From Eledone cirrhosa (Eukaryota), in the NCBI GenBank assembly GCA_964016885.1, contig OZ024742.1, forward strand, positions 47,430,001-47,494,000: a stretch of DNA of 64,000 nt, in the 5' to 3' direction. Made by a program: the position numbers and the translations under genes. Below are positions 1-15,268 of the stretch, piece after piece (the first letter of the stretch is position 1; each line of letters opens with the position of its first letter). The notes under the pieces were generated by a model. The model had not been told where the DNA came from. It searched no databases and worked only from the letters and a program-made list of their open reading frames with translations.

Positions 1-277
1 CCAGCATAAATATATTTCTCTTCGATATTCAGTAAGTCTTGCCTAATTGGTCCTGATTCCCAATCTATATTATATTATATTGCTTCGTGTATTGGTTATT
101 GGAACCTATATATCATACTCGGTGAATAACCTGAACCAGATATTTAATATTTAATATTCCGTAGAATAGGTTGAGTTAAACTCTATGGTGAACTGCTTCA
201 ATTTTTGTTACCTACATTCAAAATAAAAGACAATAGCGTATACTGCCTAAATAATGCGAAAATCAACACTCTATCTT

Positions 278-391
<114 letters not shown>

Positions 392-784
392 AACTGAAAC
401 CTATCAATATTTATTGGTACACCTGTAAAGGACTTTGACGTACGCATGTAAATTGATTTAGAGAAATGAGTTCCAAATTTATTGAAATTATTTTGGTCTT
501 CCTTAACAAATACTAAGAATTAATTCTTGGTTTTGTATTCTTTTGCCAATAAAGAGGGAAATTTCAGTTTATTAAGAATGTTTGCATTCATCATTCATCA
601 CATCGCCATTACAATATTTATCTCAAATTATGCCATTAGCGTACTTGCATTATTGAATATTTAATGCACGTTCCTTTTACTCTACTGCCAAGTAATCGCA
701 GTATTCTTCCTTAATAGTTTAACTCATTGTAACCACAAACACATACACATATTCTCCCTGTACACACACGCACACACATGCACG

Positions 785-851
<67 letters not shown>

Positions 852-980
852 TTAGATCGATATACAACAATATCGGCTTGCTGCACCGTAACCACACCAT
901 GAATAATTACTGCGAATATACTGTTTTTCATGAGGCACTATGAAGAAAATAATATTATGGATACAATATCTTTTTAATAA

Positions 981-2678
981 CACTGTGTAATATATCTTTT
1001 GTTCCCCGGTTCTAAATGTCATTTCCTGGTTTCTTATATCCCATTATTATGAAAAACACTATTATTTAATGAGACGTTTGGATTTGTGGTCAGGAGTTTG
1101 ATATTTTAAAATCTCATATTTTTCAAGTAAAATCTCATTTAAAAAAACATTTTGAGTTCATATAATTAAATCAACAGAGTATATATTTATTTTATTACAC
1201 AAGCTTATCAAAAGCAAACAAGTAAAAACAAATACCACTTATAAAGCAACTTATACACGTCATAAATGACTGGATTTCCTGGATTTGCGGTTGTAGTCCA
1301 GGTCACATTCCCGCACTAGCCGCCAGATATAGTCTCCCATCATTTTTTCATTGTAGTGGCCCTGGGCCCTCCGCTCTATCTCTTTCACATCTTGGTGGAA
1401 TCGTTCGCCTTGTTCTTCTGAGTAGGCGCCCATATTATCCTTGATTTTTCCCAGGTGAGCGTCCAGTATATGGAGCTTAAGCAACATGCTGCACCCCATT
1501 GCGCCAAAAGCCTTTATCAGATCCTGCACCAGATGCTGGTAGTTTCAGCTCTCTAGTTGCCCAGGAAGCCCTTCACAACTGCCTTGAAACACTTCCATGC
1601 TGTTCTCTCAATCCTATTGAGTTTATTGGAGAACTCGGTAGACTCAAATTCCACCTTTGATTCTGACCTCAGATAACTTGGGGAAGAACTCAAGAAAGTA
1701 CTTAAAACGGCTGAATCTTGGTTTAGAGCCCTCACAAACTTCTTCATCAACCTCAACTTAATGTGCAGTGGCGGCATGAGCACAATCATTGGATCAACCA
1801 GTGGCTCCCACATGACGTTCCGGGTCCCAACTACAAATTCTGTTCGCTGCTCCCAGTTCTTTGTTTTGTAGTGGTCAGACGTGGCTCTGCTGTCCCAAAG
1901 GCAGAGGAAGCATTGGAATTTGATAAAGCCTCCTTGGAGTCCAAGCAGGAAAACCACCATGTTGAAGTCTCCAATGATTTCCCAATTGTACTGGTTGTAT
2001 TGCAAAGCTTCCAAGAGGACTTTCACACTGTAGTAATCAGGCAAACTGAATGAGCTAGCAGCAGTGTCGGGAACTTGTTTCCATTGCGGAGGAGGACAGC
2101 CTTCAAACTTGTGGTAGAGAGCTCTATAAAAAGCCGCCACTCCTTGGGCATAAACGGCACCCCAATAACGTCAAACAGTCCAGGCACGTCATGGCAGAAG
2201 CAGAGACCATCCCTAAGAGAGTAAAAGCCTGAGAAAGGTTCGTGTCGACTTCTCTGACTTGTCACTTGCACTTCCTCCTTGACCAAGTTCCACTACTTCA
2301 TTCTGGAGACGAATGCTTAAAACACAACTTACCCCTTTATTCAGGGTAAGAAAATCCAGTATCAATAAATCTCTTTAATCCACTTTTTAACAATTTTATA
2401 CTTTATTGCACTTTTATAATTTTCTTTAGGTATTACTCTTTATTTTATAATTTTAATTTAACCTGAAACATATATAAAAAAAATCATTTAACAGAAGCAA
2501 ATTAAACTTACAACGTAAAATCCAGCATACAAATAATTCTAGTGAATAGCTTAGAATTTTTACAAACCCAAACTTTCAACTGTTTAATAACACTTTTTTA
2601 TTTATTTGGGACCTAAGCAACACAAAACAAGTGATTACAAGCCAGGAACAGAGAACACATTTTTTTTGTTACACGGTG
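981..2678 (-). mobile_element. Chapaev3-type (CMC superfamily) DNA transposon, internally deleted and degenerate
   Basis: Termini CACTGTGTAA (981) and TTACACGGTG (2678) with imperfect subterminal inverted similarity, flanked by TAA on both sides (978-980, 2679-2681). This fits the CAC...GTG ends and TWA TSD of Chapaev3. Confidence 0.85.
1260..2290 (-). pseudogene. Chapaev3-type DDE transposase pseudogene (frameshifted, N-terminus missing)
   Basis: ORF pieces give WRLFI..SLKAVLL.NGN, WEIIGDF.MV, C(2)C (FQCFLCLWDSR), PPLHIKL, H(4)H (LHILDAHL) and SEEQGERFHQD. Confidence 0.85.
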
Positions 2679-2996
2679 TAATTTGCAAATATATAACATC
2701 GACCGATGCAGAACCGTAGAAATACTACTTATATTAGTAATACAACGTTCCTCGGAGCCTATACAGTGCTACGTCTGATTGTGAGAAACAGTTACCAATA
2801 ACCAATTTTCAATCAAAAATGTGTATAGCAAAGATGCTAAACTTCATCAGTTCTCCATCTTATTATTTAGACAACATATCTACTGTTCATATTTAAAGTT
2901 GAGAAGAAACTAAAACTCACGTGCGTTTTAATTGCGGTCGCGACAATAGCTGCAATCGACAGTGGAAATATATATATATAGATATAAAATTCAAAG

Positions 2997-3098
<102 letters not shown>

Positions 3099-3314
3099 GA
3101 CATAGTCACAGATACATATATGTGTTTGGTAACCATTCACGGTGTGGATCATTGAAGAATTAATTAAATAATTATTAAGTTTGATTGAAAAAACATATGG
3201 TTGATAAGGTTTCTGATATATGTCTCTATCCATTTGATAGTTGTGTCGTTTTCAGTGTTAATCTGTGTGTTGTTGTTGCTATTATCATTGTTATTATTAT
3301 TGCTGTTGTTAATA

Positions 3315-3545
3315 TGGCGGTGGATTTCGCAGCATCGGTACATCGTCGGTCACCATGATTCGTAGCATAGGACTACTTCCCCTTACGTTCTGAGTTCAAA
3401 TACCGTCAAGGTTAGCTTTAACTTTCATCCATCTAGGGTCGATAAAATAAAGTACCAGTAATGCACTGGTGTCGATTTAATGGACTCCATCACACCCCCT
3501 CAAATTCGCTCGCTTTTTGCCTGAAAGTAGAAACAATTATTACTA
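3315..3545 (+). mobile_element. tRNA-derived SINE with Meta-like core, long form
   Basis: B-box GAGTTCAAAT, core CTTTCATCC..GGGTCGATAAAATAAAGTACCAG, end GTAGAAACAATTATT. Confidence 0.85.
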
Positions 3546-5529
3546 CTATTTTTATTGTTGCTCTTGTTACTGTTATTGAAATTGTTATTGTTATTATTCC
3601 CATAATCATACCAATGTTATTTATAATTAATAAAATCCCTTTGAATATGTTTCTTTCCTAGTAATCTGCATACCAACTTCCGTGTTTTGAAAGAGATTCA
3701 TGAGCAAGAGGAGTCACAAGATTAATTCTGAAAAGATGTCGTTGTAAAGGAGAACCCGAATTACACACTACATGTTCTATTTGTGCTTCAAAGTTATTTA
3801 TGGTATATATCACTTATTTAAGATAGTGATAGATATATCTTCCATAAACTGTCTTAAATACACGATACATATCACTCTATAATGTTGATGGCTGGAGAAC
3901 ACTGGGTGCGTAATTCGAGATTTCCTTTATAACAACATTTTCCTTTGCAGAATTGATCCTGCTCTGCCTCCTCTTGCTCGTGATTCTTCTTCGATACACT
4001 ACTCTTCATATGTAAGACCATTTAGTTGGAATATATTCAGTATAAATAACATTGGTATATCTTATTTCACAAAATGTAATATTTGCAACGCCTTATCTTC
4101 TCGAAAATGTATAAACCGGAAAATAATCCTCAATATGTTCACCAGTAATAACTGCAGCTGCATGATCTCTAGATTATAACTGATAACTGTCTCTCCCAAT
4201 ATGTTAAACTGTCTCTCCAATATTTTAGTATTTAAACTGCACTTTAAATCAAACCAGGTCTCTCGCTGATATATCACCCTTGCAGCCAATTAAAATATTT
4301 TGGAATCAATAAACACATTAGAAATTGACATCGTAAAAAGAAATATATTGTTTAACCCAGTTATATTTGCACCGCGGAATATATTAATAAAGTTTAATAT
4401 AACTCTAAATATTCCACCAATATTAATCTATTATACTGGTAGGGACATACCTTGTAATTATTTACAACAGTGGGTGTAGAATTGCTCTTCGCAACACTCC
4501 TACAATAATTACCTCCCTAATAACACGCAAATCTCGAAAGATACAATTATATACGTATCTTCCAGCTATAATCAACATTGTATAGAGTTAGAATCTCCTA
4601 ATAAAATATTTAAATATAATTATATATATTACTCGTATTTATATTTGAACAAACCAGGTAATGAAAACAAATATCATTCAATTGAATTTTGCATCAACAC
4701 ACATGACACTTCTCCTTGATTCATTTATATTTGTACTGATATTCCTGTTAAGTTAAAAACTAAATTTGCACCCAAATCTTTTGAATGACCTGGTTTTGTA
4801 TATGGTAGTTATGTTAGTTTCTTATTATATAATTTAGAAGAGTATGTGCACATCAACTTGTAAATACAACTAAGCAATACTGCTCGTACAATTTTAAGTA
4901 CGTACATATTTTGGTGGCTGTATATTTATAGGAAGAATGAGTAAACGCGTAATGCCTGCATACGAATTATTTCTGAAAATCTTCAAGCATCATTTCATAT
5001 ATTTTCTCTAACCCCATTAACATTTACACCCATGTCTGAGTATGTATGTGTATGCATGTATAGATAAACAGTCGTAAAATTAATGTAAAGTTAAGGTGTG
5101 TAGGTTTTTTTAAATGGCTCAATATGTGCATGTTTGTGCTTACGCTTGTATATTTTCCAGCTATTTTGAAATGTTTAATCTGCTTCATTGAACAATACGT
5201 ATGGGGGAGGGGTTTGAGCATACCTCAATGTCAGATTGAGTGCGTGCGCGCCTTTATGGATATTTGAATGCCAATGCTTCCCTATCAAATGCGTAATATT
5301 TAACCTCACATAATAATCAGCCTATTCGTAATAGATAAGATATAGATGTTTACAACTTCCCATGAAAGAAATACCTCAAACTATTCATGCTACGTCTTAC
5401 TACTACAGCCAGCAATATCAACTTTGTAAAATTAGTCATGAAAGAACAATGTTTAGACGATCAATGAATGACATATAGACATGGAACATATATTGATATA
5501 ACTTCATGAATTATTGTAGCACTAGCAGT

Positions 5530-6190
5530 GAGGGGCCTACAGTTGCAGAAGAGACAATAAACGCGTCCAAAGTTAACACATGCTAGGACTTTTGGGAGAA
5601 ACTGGAATCCTAGTCCAGGTCATCAAATACAATATTCTTGCAGACCATCCACCGACTTCATAATGTCTTCTGTCTTGCCTGCTACCAGGAATGCGCCTGG
5701 GATTCTTCTCTCTGCAGGGAGGTACAAACTCATGAAGCGTAGAGAATATTTTGCTGGTCTTCTAAAGCCGATCACAACATCACGTTCTGATGTTCACGAA
5801 GTGAATATGGGAGCAATCAATAACTTCTCGGAGGCTGTGGTTACAAGAGTAATTAGAAAGCTCAACATTGGCAAGGCTCCTGGTGAGGATAAAATTCGGC
5901 GCGAGATATTCGTAAGCTAAAATATAGAAGGTATTCCCTAGCTGACTCGTGAGTGCCGGCTGATTTCTGGAAACACACCTGAGAAATGGTAAACGGAAGC
6001 AATGACAATTCTACAAAAGGCAGGCAAAAGAATTATTTCGACTTATAGAGGGATAATTTTAAGTCTTCCTAGTAATGTTTCTGCTAAGTTTATGGCAAAG
6101 AGATGTAGGAATATTGTCGCGTCCAATATTGTGGATTCCGCCCCGGACGCAGCACAGCCAACCAGATATTCACACTGCAGCATCACTTTC
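5530..6190 (+). mobile_element. RTE-clade LINE fragment (linker and start of RT), degenerate
   Basis: Broken frames give FWEKLE..IFLQTIHRL, REYFAGLL, VIRKLNIGKAPGEDKI, YRGII.LSLP and GF(R)PGRSTANQIFTLQ. Confidence 0.75.
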
Positions 6191-7406
6191 AGATATCATA
6201 TTTTTTTCCTTCTTTGATGTGAAATATTTTATTATATAGAGATATAGAATACTTTCGGTGTTAGTTAAACGGCTATGGAAAATAAAGAAGAAGAAGTTGA
6301 AGAAGAAGAATCTCGGAAGCAGAAAATAGTTGCTCATAATTTAGAAGATTCCGTTATTACTGTCAGAAACGGTAAACAACGGATGGAGGTGCATAACTCT
6401 TACACGAAGCACATACATTTTTTAGATGTTCATATACAATGTTGTAAACAAAAAACATTCCCAATGTTTCGATACATCGGGAATGTTGGAAACCCAAGTA
6501 TTTAAAAATGTGAATGACCTAAATTTAGAAAATTGGTGTAATAACAATTGCTCTCAACAGATAATAGTTTATATCTGTTATAGCTTTTACTCGCTAAGCT
6601 ACAAATAACGACGCTAAAATGAATCGCCTTTTCAAATTTTGTATCAGTAACGTCTTAATTACATAAACAACTACATCAGTGTCTCTTGCAGCTATATTGA
6701 AATCAACATACTGTTCACACAATAACAATAATTATTGTTTTATATTTTCGTCACATCCAACACTCCCACGCCTTTGATATAGCATCAGTAAATTTCTAGC
6801 TGCTGATCTCTCTTCTTCATTGAATAGATAAACTCCTAGGATATTGTTAGAATTATACGAATTCAGGTAACTTATAAGCGCATACCAATACGCCAAGCTC
6901 GCATATATGACAAGTTTAAACCGAGATATAAAACAGTTGGGTAATTATATATTAAATATACTATCATATCAATACACCGATTTAAAATATTTAGATAGTT
7001 GAGACTATTGTATAAACCGTGTTTGTAATAAAGTTCAATAAGGAGAGTAAGACAGCTATTAATTTACTTATTAGCACCGAACAACATGTGAAATGAAAGT
7101 CGTTATACAAACGAAATCTTCAATTATTTTTGGGTCTGTGATGCTTCTGCAAATCATTTCTATAATTAACATGGTGATGCATTCTCTGTTGGGTTCCCAG
7201 AATGAATTTCTCTAATTTCAGAAGATATCCAGAAGATTAAAGATTATTTAAGATGCAATCGCAACACCAGAATACATTTCACGTTACAAATATTAAAATA
7301 TAATTTTTATTGACCTCGGGAAACAAAGTAATAGAAACTATGTGTGGGATAGAGAAACATGACAGCAGAGTTACCGAACTAATAGAGGGATAGTGTTAAA
7401 TAGGGA

Positions 7407-7454
<48 letters not shown>

Positions 7455-7505
7455 TTATATATATATCCCCCTCATATATATATATATATAGAGGGAGAGA
7501 TAGAT

Positions 7506-7536
<31 letters not shown>

Positions 7537-7639
7537 GGAGGATTATAGGGAGAGACATTAACGATGGTACAAAACGAGAAAACAATGATATTATTGGCAA
7601 TGCTTATTAATCCAAATATAATTAGTGCCATCTAGATTT

Positions 7640-7780
7640 GTTGGTAGAGGGTCGGACCCCATGCTTTCAAATCCCACCGAGATTAACTTTGCCTTTCATC
7701 CTTACGAGGTCGATAAAATAAAGTCCCAGTAACACACTGGATAATTGCTGGCATTGTGCCAAAAGTAGAAACAATTATTG
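7640..7780 (+). mobile_element. tRNA-derived SINE, short form, internally deleted
   Basis: TTCAAATCCCACCGAG..CTTTGCCTTTCATCCTTACGAGGTCGATAAAATAAAG..GTAGAAACAATTATT. Confidence 0.8.
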
Positions 7781-7934
7781 TTTAGAACTAGAATATTAAT
7801 GTAAATGCCAAGGGATTAGAGTTGATGTTTACTGTTCAGGAATTACACTTAGTGACATATGGAATAGGGGAAACTGGATATTTTTAATTTTTGAAAACTT
7901 CTCTTCTAATATTTTTGTTATTCATTTATTTGGG

Positions 7935-8130
7935 GTTGTGGGTTGGAAGAATAGTCAGGGCGTCGGGTATATATCTACGACTCCTTACCCTGTATCACTG
8001 CCTTTGGCGTTCAAATCCCGACGAGGTTAACTTTGACATGCACTCTTCTGAGTTTGATAAAATACCAGTTAATACTGGAGTCGAAATAATCAATTCCATC
8101 TCCTCTAAAAGTGCTGGCCTTGAGTCAAAT
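7935..8130 (+). mobile_element. tRNA-derived SINE, old diverged copy
   Basis: GTTCAAATCCCGACGAGGTTAACTTTG..GATAAAATACCAG..GCTGGCCTTG. Confidence 0.6.
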
Positions 8131-8774
8131 TGAGTCAAATTATTTATTTTTCAGTCATATTCTCCAAATTTCAAACTGCATAATTCCAGAAAAACAAATT
8201 CTGTAAACATTCAAAAGTTTAGTCAGTAATGCTTAATATTTGATAGATATGGTGTATCGATATAGAAATTAGATATATGTTATAACAAAAATCTGTTGGT
8301 TTGATTGTCAAGTTAAGAACGCCTATGAGTTAGAGATGTTCCAAGATTGGGCAATTGGGGCTAATAATATGGTGTCTGAATTAATAAATTCATACAGATT
8401 TACCATGATTCTCATTAAAATCATTGATACAATTACAATGATTCGTTTAACCGGAAGTGTACGTTCAGCATCTAGTATACGAGATATAAATTAAGCGTAT
8501 TTGATGATTCGTTAGACGAAGGATGGATTGTTTTGCATTATTCGCTTCATTATTTGAGTAAATTTTTCTTCTAAATCATTTTCACACCTTTTCATTCTCT
8601 CTCTCTCCTTCTCTCCCCTCATACATTTTCTATACCACTCTAGTAGTCTAACTCATTCTCTGAAAGAAATCGGCTTTTTTCTTTAATGTTTTGCTTCTTC
8701 TCCCTAAAGATCGTATTCAATAGAAAATTTACAGTTAACAATGATAAGAAACATGTCAAAAGATAATATTTTGC

Positions 8775-9165
8775 CACTCTGGGTGCACTGTGATAAGATG
8801 GCTACCATGTTGCATTGGAGCTCTTGTAAAAAGTATGGATTTCCATATTCAGAAACAAAGCTATGAACCTGGTGTCACAAATGAGATGAGAGTGCTAGAA
8901 AACGACTTCGGAATTCAGACTGAGATGAAATTTGAACACAACAGACAAGATATCGTTGTAATTGAGAAGAAGGAAAGAAATTGAAGCCTCACAGAATTTG
9001 CATGTCCCTTTGACAACAGAATTAAAAGAAAAGAGGAGAAAGCGGGGATTTATACTAAACTAAAATATGAGAACTTCTGATAGTGGAGTAATGAGGTGAA
9101 GACAGTACTAGTGGGTATTGGAGCTCTTGGCATGGTGACAAAGAACTTTGAATATTACCTGTTAA
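8775..9165 (+). mobile_element. R4/Dong-like non-LTR retrotransposon 3' fragment (restriction-like endonuclease domain)
   Basis: Broken frames give DKMATMLHWSSCKKYGF, DFGIQTE..EHNRQDIVVIEKK, FACPFD and VGIGALGMVTK, matching RLE PD..D-type domains. Confidence 0.75.
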
Positions 9166-9345
9166 AAGACTCGTGATACACCCACATCTAACATGCTCTC
9201 CCAAATGTTAATATTGATATACATACGGATGCACATGGACAACGGGTGTTTATTTATTTTAGGCGGTTCACCAAAGCTTTCTTCGCACATCCCGTGACAT
9301 TTAGCGTGTTCCACGCACTCGAAAATGGGAGAATTTTGTGTGTGG

Positions 9346-9392
<47 letters not shown>

Positions 9393-11420
9393 CACGCCTG
9401 TATGTGTTTAATGACGTACAGGGTTCCTTCAATTAATTTTTTCCCTATATTATATTGATATATTGTTTTAAATTTCATTAACTTATTTTATCGATTGCTC
9501 TTCACTTTCAGTTCGGTAATTGAATATAAATATTATCCGACCAGTTTTAAAATTCTAATATAACTATTGAGAAACAGGTGTCTAAACGTTGAATCAAAAT
9601 TTTAATAATATATTCAATATATTTCCTTATTATGCAGGTACTTCAATATTGAAACCAAAGCAACCGATATTGCCTTTCCTCCATTTTGGTTCGCTCGATA
9701 AATTCAGTACAATCTTAGCTCTTTTGGCGGTTTTAATGATAAAACCGTTTATTAAAACTGGAGGAGTTTTGTCATTGATATAAATCTATATTTTCGTCTT
9801 CCTATTATGTGTTCCAACACTGTGTGGAATATAAAAAATATCTTGATAGTAAAATAGAATAACTTTGTCGCAATTATTTTTATTAAAATGATCAGACTTT
9901 GGTATATCACACAAACCAAACATTTCCTGAAATACGAAGCGCATTTTATGAACTATGCCATTCTGACATGTCATAATTTTTGAAGTAGTAAAATTATTCA
10001 CAATCAAATTCTTTTTCGATTTGGTATTCTGCTAAGTCTTATGCTCTGTTTACAAGCAATTCCTCATTAAATATGCTCCTATTTTTTGTATGAAATCGCA
10101 TACAGATACAACATGTTTTAAGGCCGATATAGTTGATTGTTCACAAAGTTCTAATTAGGAGGACAAATCTATAAATATTAGATAAGCACGCGGACATGAG
10201 ATCATTATTTAGAAACATGTGAAATTCTTCCCAAAGCAATTCTATAAAGCGCAGATATAGAATAATTGTTACAAGAAACGTGTAGCGTATTGACCGCGAA
10301 CAGTTTTAAGGGTAGGTTCACGGAGAACGCGAAAACCTTACTGCACGACAGCTTAATTGATAATAATGAATAATGTTATATCGTGCAATGGCCATACTCG
10401 ATAACGAGTGGGCAGCCATCATATATATGCAAATGGCAGTCTTTTGAATGAAATCTGCCGTGAGGATTAGTTCTGTACTCCACTCCATTTATGATTTGCT
10501 GCGTCAGTTCTAATCAATTAATACATGTTATTATTGGAAATATTGCACAAACATCAGTGTGTAGTGCTTGCTCATGCATTTGTTGCGACACATGACGTAA
10601 CACTGAAACTGTACAGTTCGAAGCATGTTATACTTGTTTCAAAACTGAGCAGCCTATCAACTAATTAGCATATAGTATGTATTCTGGGCTGCTAGTTCGA
10701 ATTTATAACATGCCATTTTTGTAATTTCATTGGGTGAGTTGATAACGACAGAGCTAGACGAAATGTAAATTGATAGCTCGTTATACATTATTTATATTTG
10801 TCTGTATTCATATTAATTTTTACGTCCGTTTTAATACAGATTTCAATAGTACATACATATAAGAATCGGAAATGATTAATTAGCACTTATTAACACAAGA
10901 CATAATACATATAATTGCATTTCTTCAGGAATTCAAAAATTTGAAATTAAATTTTCAAAAGCATATTACTCACAACACAATATGTTGTCAGGTAATTCTA
11001 CTCTCTACGTGTATTAGAATTTTGAACCTAACTTATATTTTACGCGAAATTTGAGAGCTGCGTCTTAATGCCCCTTGCGTTATTGCTTTATACCTTCCCG
11101 CCTAAATATTTTATCTAACCAACAACAAATATACTTCTATATAAAGAAAAAATAATAACATTATAAATAATAACAACTTATAAAGGCAACATATCCCTTT
11201 GTAATAATTCCATGTACTATCTTTCTTAAATGCTTGCGTTACGCTCATTATTTGATATAGGGTCTATTCTTATTTGAATTTGTTAAACTATACTCCATCT
11301 TATATTCTATGGAGAAATGCAGTTATATATGTTATGTCTTGTGTTAATAATTGTTAATTAACTAATTTAAATTGTTTTCATATGCATGCGCTATTGTCAG
11401 CTCTATCGAAACAGGTGTAA

Positions 11421-11615
11421 ATAATAAATAATTGTTTCTACTTTAGGCACAAGGCCAGCAATTACGCAGTGCATTACTGGTACTTTATTTTATCGACCCC
11501 GTAAGGATGAAAGGCAAAGTCAATCTCGGCGGGATTTGAACTCAGATAGTAAAGGGACGTAACTATGCTGGAAAGCATGGCGTCCGACCCTCTACCGATA
11601 CTGCCAATCCACCGC
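11421..11615 (-). mobile_element. tRNA-derived SINE, short form
   Basis: Near full-length reverse-complement copy with A/B boxes, Meta-like core and ATT tail. Confidence 0.9.
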
Positions 11616-11679
11616 AATGGACTTACGTGTTTAATCTTGGTATTTCTTTATTCTATATATATATGTATATATATATATA

Positions 11680-12285
11680 TATTAGTAATATATTAAGGAA
11701 CATAAATCAGTGTTGCATCACATTTATTACATATTATATATGTTTTACTGTTAATCAGCTCGAATAACGATATATTAATGATCCAACCTGTCTCTGGGAT
11801 CGGGAGCTTGTATTACCTTATCTCCTTAATGATGACAGCAAACAACATGACAGTGGAAGCTAAGCAGACGGGTCGACGCACATGGATGCGCGAGACGATT
11901 TGACTGAGATAGTGAGAATGGCCGCTAATTTATAAAGAAAACACCGTTATCTGACCGAAAATAAACCAATGAGAAAATACTGCTGAATACCACTATGTTA
12001 GAATGTGTGTTAAATTATAAGAAGGTTTTGGGAAAATATTCAGACACTCAGATGCGGGCCTGCATAGAAATCATATCTGAGGAGCTCCTGATTCCAGAGT
12101 CAGGTTCGATAATTAATAGATCGATCCATGAGCTGATCGACAGTGAAACATATGTAATATGTAATAAATATGTATATGATTCAACACTCATTCTTTGTTC
12201 CTTTATATATTAATACTATTGATACTCTGCTCCCAAGAGCATCGAGTGCTGACCCGGCATACTGACTTCGGATGCAATTAACTTG
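11680..12285. mobile_element. Head-to-head HHR-bearing PLE-LTR-like element
   Basis: Diverged inverted repeat 11680-11761 / 12130-12218. The left end abuts (TA)n. The 3' part resembles the reverse complement of 23483-23548. Confidence 0.7.
12072..12161 (+). ncRNA. Hammerhead ribozyme type I, extended stem II
   Basis: catat CTGAGGA [long insert] GAAAC atat GTA atatg. Stem I catat/atatg is perfect. Confidence 0.8.
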
Positions 12286-14725
12286 CACCTTAACACACAC
12301 ACACAAACACACACAAACACACACAAACACACACACACATACACACACACATCCACACACACACATCCACACACACACAACTACCGCCCCATATATATAT
12401 ATATATATATATATAATATCATATATATATGTATGTGTGCGTGCGTGTGTATTTGTGTGTGTATGCATATTTTATGTTCCTCCCTCAAGCAGACAGGCAC
12501 ACACATATACACAAGCTTATATACACATATACGATTGTGTGTGATTTGAATAAGCAACAACAGGGGACATTCTATTAGAATATATCTCAGTTATATTTGA
12601 TGACAGTTTTACGTATATTTTAGTACAATGGAAATTACATTCCAATAGTCATTTAAACCCATGGTGGAACGATATGGAAAACTAAACATTGAATGTATTC
12701 TTATATCATCGCATTCTGCTTAATAAAGCGGAAGAGACAGATATGCTTGTCTTGGCATCGGTATTATAATGGACTTCATTTGAACGGAAGCATTTATTTT
12801 ATTTGATATGCCATATAGTGGCTCTACGCAATGTGTAGTATAGATTCTCAGTGCATCATTGAAAATAAGGCAATCTTAAAATTTGGTACGTAACGAGAAG
12901 CATATTAAATGTCAATAATTGACGAAATGTTGAGATTTCTACGAAGATACCAACGAAAATTGCTCTGTAAGAAATAACGTTATTTCTTAGGAATCGATAT
13001 CAAAGGCAATTACGCAGTAGCTAATTGCTTATAAATAACATATTTGCAACAGATATACCTAAATACCTACAAATATATTGTAGTTATTGAGTGTTGTAGA
13101 TAATTTTGAATAACACGATTTTACCCGAAAGAAACACTTCTAAATATCTGGACGTCAGTTAATTCTTGCACACAATATGGAAACACTAAGTTATATTCAT
13201 ATGAATAGCATTTATATTTCAGAAATGATTGATTAATCTAGAGTAAATTCTGTATGAACCTCCTATCTTTAACTTCAATCTATGACATCTAACGAACGGT
13301 TATTTCCTTTATGAATGAACCATAATCATTTGATTCCTGAAACATTTATATGTTTTCAACACGATCGTTCAGGCGATATTCAAAAGAATAGAGGTAGATA
13401 CTCGTTTTAGTATATTTTAATACCACGAAGACATATACAGCAGTCTATCTGCCTTAAATAAGATTCACCAATTAAGACAGGATAAAATAGAGCATCAGAT
13501 ACAGGAATATATTTTTTTACAATATAGAAATCTCCATTTCAATTGGAATAACTTAAAATTAAAAAAAACGTAAGTTTTCGAAGCAAACACTCAGAAACAA
13601 AGTTATTGAAATGATAAGGGTTTTATATGAGGATTAAATCGTATGATTATTCAGGGAAAATCGGAAATACCAAACAAGCTTTAAGATTAGCATTGCTTAG
13701 AATCTGTTAGACAAATAAATTGCATGTATGCAATGTCGAAGTATTTCTACTAGTTGGTAGCTGAAATCAGATTTACTAGAAGCAAAATTAAAACTGATTA
13801 TATACGAAGCATCCAACTAAACTAACCTGGAGCCCCAGTAGCAGAAACATCCAGTGTATCTCTTAAATACATCCAAATGATTATACTATGCATCGAATTT
13901 GAAATGGTAATTATGTTATATCCACAAAATACTAGCCAAATATATATCCGAAACTAAACTAAATTTCGTTATCTAACAAAAGTAAAAATGCAGAGAAGCT
14001 ATAATCTTGGTACTAGAGCGATCTCAGGTTTAAAAGGCAGCTACAAACAACTAACTCAAATTTTACAGAATATTGCATACTGAAACTACGAAAGAAAATA
14101 TCCCCAGATCTAAGTAAGCTCACTTAGATATCACCGCGAAACAACCGCGAAAGAGTATTTATTATGTTTAAGAATATAAACGAAATATAATCAATTCGGA
14201 ATCTTATCGTAGATATAAGAATGTAGCTTCCTACAAAAAATACAAATGGATATTGATTCAATAGATGTGACATAATATATATTTCACAAAGGGCAGTCAG
14301 TTATGTCTGTGACGAGAAGTTTAATCTTAGTAACTGATCAAATATAAATTTGTCATAAGAAAATTTGAGATTGTATTCACCATTGCCAGAAAGCCTAATA
14401 TGAAATACAGTGATGCCATAAATACGAAGTGGGAATTGCTGATTTATATAAATTCAACTCAGCAGGAATATTTTGAAGCACTTCTTTAAGGGCTATATTG
14501 CATTTCAACTGGAGAGAATATTATGAATTTGGCAACATAAGTATAAGATCGCCGTTAATTATAATATTGGCAACCTTCGTGTCAGTGAAATTACTTGATT
14601 ATTTAATAATTCCAAAGATATCTCACATTTAGATTTAGAAATAAATTTACAATGAGTATATATGTACCGTAGCATTGTGTGTGTGCGTGTAAATACGTTT
14701 CATTATAACAATGTGATATACAACT

Positions 14726-14797
<72 letters not shown>

Positions 14798-15227
14798 AAT
14801 ATATATATATATTAGTGTACGGGTTATTTGATGAATGGATCCCGATTTCCTATTCAGGAATGCGCAGACAAGGGAACGTATCTTTGTGCAAGAGGAAGTA
14901 GTGAAGAGCTGGTATCAGTGGAGGAGGAGGCAGCATTGTACTTTATGTTAAACAGGATGCCGGTGGAACATTGCCCCATCAAAATATCACCAACTTGATC
15001 GTTACTATAATCAAAACACTCCGTCTGCTGCTATTTCTCTACATCGTATTTTACATGATATTGAAATTATTATCTATGCAAGTTCACGTTTATGTCTCAG
15101 TAATAGCCTCATGTGTTCAACTAGGCGTATATTAGAAGTAGCTTTTCTAATAAACTGATGTTTCATCCACTGTGGTGGTTTTCAATCACACGCGCACAGA
15201 CACACACGCTCACACGCACACACACAA

Positions 15228-15268
<41 letters not shown>

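Noticed and set aside
3691-3990. ~22-bp inverted repeat (ATGAGCAAGAGGAG / CTCCTCTTGCTCGT) about 260 bp apart
   Set aside because: Too short, with no TSD or second copy to support an element call.
13100-14640. A-rich unique stretch as a decayed coding region
   Set aside because: No ORF or recognisable motif could be reconstructed.
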